NCBI GenBank assembly: GCA_949744165.1
Contig: CATJWG010000174.1
Span: 1 to 38,742, forward strand
Direction of reading: 5' to 3'
DNA: 38,742 nt
DNA from: an uncultured Eubacteriales bacterium
Lineage (GTDB): Bacteria; Bacillota; Clostridia; Oscillospirales; Oscillospiraceae
Below are positions 36,040 through 38,742 of this stretch, in pieces. The position numbers were made by a program, and so were the translations under genes. Position 1 is the first letter of the stretch. Every line of letters starts with the position of its first letter. The notes beneath the pieces are model-generated. The model saw only the letters and a list, made by a program, of their open reading frames with translations, did not search any database and was not told the origin of the DNA.

Positions 36040-36101
36040 CATGGAAAGATTCATATGTTAAAGTCTGTAGTGTCAAAAAGCATTGCAGACTTTTTCCATG
36101 G
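36040..36101 (+). promoter_or_regulatory. bipartite leader hairpin abutting the RBS of the ABC transporter gene
   Basis: The outer stem is CATGGAAA (36040-36047) with TTTCCATG (36093-36100). The inner stem is AAAGTCTG (36060-36067) with CAGACTTT (36086-36093). The 3' arm ends at the GGAGG RBS (36100-36104). Its function is not established. Confidence 0.3.
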
Positions 36102-36113
36102 AGGCGAAACATT

Positions 36114-36785
<672 letters not shown>

Positions 36786-36790
36786 GGGAC

Positions 36791-38742
36791 ATGGTAAAGG
36801 TATCCAACCGCCGCTGCGTGCGCCGGCTCGGCCTGCGCAGCATGGGCGCCGCGCGCGCCCGCAACCTCATCGCCGTGCTGGCAATCGCCCTGACGACGGT
36901 GCTGTTCACCTCGCTTTTCACCATCGCCGCGTCGATAAACTACTCCTTCCAGCAGCAGAACTTCCGTCAGGCCGGCGGCGACTTCCACGGCACCATAAAG
37001 GGGATAAGCCATGAGCAGGTGGAGCGGTTCCGCACCGACCCGCTCATAAAGGAGAGCTTTGCCCGCCTTTTCGTGGGCATGCCCAGCGACCCGCCCTTCA
37101 ACAAGTCCCACGTGGAGGTCAGCTACATGGAGCCGGCCGCGGCGCCCCACTATTTCTGCGCGCCGGAGCAGGGCCGCCTGCCGCTGGAGGGCACAAACGA
37201 GGCCGCCACGGACACCCGGGTGCTCTCACTTTTGGGCGTGGAGCCGGAGCTGGGCGCGGAGTTTACCATATCGTTCTACATCGACGAAAACACCAGTGAC
37301 CGGAAGCTGGTCACGCGCACCTACACCCTATCGGGCTGGTGGAGCTATGACAGCGTGTGCGTCGCCAGCAATGTGCTGCTGCCCCGCTCGGAGGCAGAAG
37401 AGCTGTGCGCTATGAGCAGCGGCGACCCATATTCCATGACCGGCGACTGGAACCTGGACATGATGTTCAAAAATTCCCTGAGCATCCGCGAGGACATAAA
37501 CGCCGTGCTGGCGAAATACGGCCTTCAGAGCGAGGACCCCGACGCGGACAACTACCAGAGAATTGGCGTCAACTGGGGCTACTCCGGTGCGCAGTTGAGC
37601 GCGAAATTCGACACGGGCACGGCTCTGGCAATCGCCGCGGTGCTGCTGCTGATAATCCTCACGGGCTATCTTATCATCTACAACGTGTTCCAGATATCCG
37701 TGAGCAACGACATCCGCTTTTACGGTCTTTTGAAAACCATCGGCACCACTGGGCGGCAGCTCAAGCGCATTATCCGCCAGCAGGCACTGCTTCTCAGTCT
37801 GATAGGAATCCCCATTGGCCTTGTGCTGGGCTTTTTCGTGGGCAACAAGCTCACGCCGGTTATCATGAGCCAGCTCAGCTACAAAAACGTGTTCGTGAGC
37901 TTCAACCCCTGGATTTTCATCGGAGCGGCACTGTTCGCGCTTGTCACAGTGCTTATTTCCTGCGCGAAGCCCGGACGCATGGCCGCGCGGGTGTCGCCCG
38001 TGGAGGCGGTGCGCTACGCCGAGGGCGGAGCCATCACGGGAAAACGTAAGGAGCGCGCAGCGAAAAAGGGTGCGTCCCTGCCCGCCATGGCCTGGGCCAA
38101 TCTGGGCCGCAGCCGCGGCAAGACGGCCGTGACCGTCATCTCCCTGACCCTGGCGGTGGTACTGCTGACGGTGACCTACACCTTCTCCCTGGGCTTTGAC
38201 ATGAACAAGTACCTTGCCCGCAACGCCGACGCGGATTTCATCCTTGGCGGCGCGGACTACTTTCAGAACAGCAGCGGCTTTCGCACCACGGATGACGCGG
38301 TGCCGGAGAGCGTGATTGCCGACGTGAACGCCCGTGGCGGCATTGAGGAGGGCGGACGCATCTACGGCGGCGTTTCCTCCATAAAGCAGTTTGTCACCGA
38401 GGACTGGTTCCGCCAGAGCTGGGGAACCTTCAACAGCGCAGAGACCGTGGACATGGTGATTAAGGGCACGGACCGTCTGCCCAACGGGCTTTTAGAGACC
38501 GGCGTACAGATGTATGGCATGGAGGACCTGCCGCTGAGCCTGCTGGAGCTGCTGGAGGGCGACCTTGAGCCCCTTAAGGACCCCTCGCAGAAAGCCATCG
38601 CCGCCGTGTTCCTTTCCAACGACTACAGAGAAACCCAGTGGGGCAGCAACTGGGCCCGGCTGGGTGACACGGTGACTGTCCGCTATGTCTCCGAGACGGA
38701 GTATTTCTACCGGGACACCGGTGAGGTCTTTGAGGATGTAGA
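36791..38742 (+). CDS. FtsX-family ABC transporter permease, large duplicated type (3' end beyond the window)
   Basis: I translated this frame by hand from ATG 36791 to the window end (650 codons) and found no stop. It reads [36 protein letters not shown].., then a roughly 200-aa extracytoplasmic domain, then the FtsX block ([21 protein letters not shown] and TM helices), then a second TM/ectodomain repeat. It is missing from the ORF track because it has no stop in the window. Confidence 0.85.
   Translation, partial: MVKVSNRRCVRRLGLRSMGAARARNLIAVLAIALTTVLFTSLFTIAASINYSFQQQNFRQAGGDFHGTIKGISHEQVERFRTDPLIKESFARLFVGMPSDPPFNKSHVEVSYMEPAAAPHYFCAPEQGRLPLEGTNEAATDTRVLSLLGVEPELGAEFTISFYIDENTSDRKLVTRTYTLSGWWSYDSVCVASNVLLPRSEAEELCAMSSGDPYSMTGDWNLDMMFKNSLSIREDINAVLAKYGLQSEDPDADNYQRIGVNWGYSGAQLSAKFDTGTALAIAAVLLLIILTGYLIIYNVFQISVSNDIRFYGLLKTIGTTGRQLKRIIRQQALLLSLIGIPIGLVLGFFVGNKLTPVIMSQLSYKNVFVSFNPWIFIGAALFALVTVLISCAKPGRMAARVSPVEAVRYAEGGAITGKRKERAAKKGASLPAMAWANLGRSRGKTAVTVISLTLAVVLLTVTYTFSLGFDMNKYLARNADADFILGGADYFQNSSGFRTTDDAVPESVIADVNARGGIEEGGRIYGGVSSIKQFVTEDWFRQSWGTFNSAETVDMVIKGTDRLPNGLLETGVQMYGMEDLPLSLLELLEGDLEPLKDPSQKAIAAVFLSNDYRETQWGSNWARLGDTVTVRYVSETEYFYRDTGEVFEDV

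Overview
This is a chromosomal segment from a GC-rich, Gram-positive strict anaerobe. It looks Clostridia-like, inferred from SepF/DivIVA, DnaD plus a DnaI-like loader, DegV, a lipoprotein-anchored solute-binding protein and glycyl radical enzymes. No rRNA, tRNA, CRISPR array, transposase or integrase was seen. Positions 1-19.8 kb are housekeeping. The minus strand carries a U32 peptidase, maf, mreC, mreD, PBP2 and the start of mgsA. The plus strand carries a DnaD-like protein, a helicase loader, miaA, hfq, a HlyD-like protein, yggS, sepF, divIVA, ileS, lspA, rluD and a small YeaQ-type membrane protein; degV lies on the minus strand. Positions 19.8-30.5 kb hold the most interesting locus. Two diverged glycyl radical enzyme (GRE) paralogues bracket a LysR regulator and a tctB-tctA-tctC tripartite tricarboxylate transporter. 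A single radical-SAM activase follows the second GRE. Both GREs have an atypical G-C-L-D catalytic cysteine loop, and no recognisable downstream pathway or microcompartment genes are present. Positions 30.6-35.8 kb are one tightly packed gene string: MATE efflux pump, DUF4125-like protein, TPR protein, nucleotidyltransferase-like/DUF4037-like protein, OmpR-type response regulator and a histidine kinase with no sensor domain. After about 300 nt of spacer come a MacB/Bce-type ABC ATPase and a large FtsX-family permease, which runs off the right edge. A modular multi-hairpin repeat family occupies at least four intergenic regions, in both orientations. Most other long ORFs in the six-frame track are antisense or out-of-frame shadows of these GC-rich genes.
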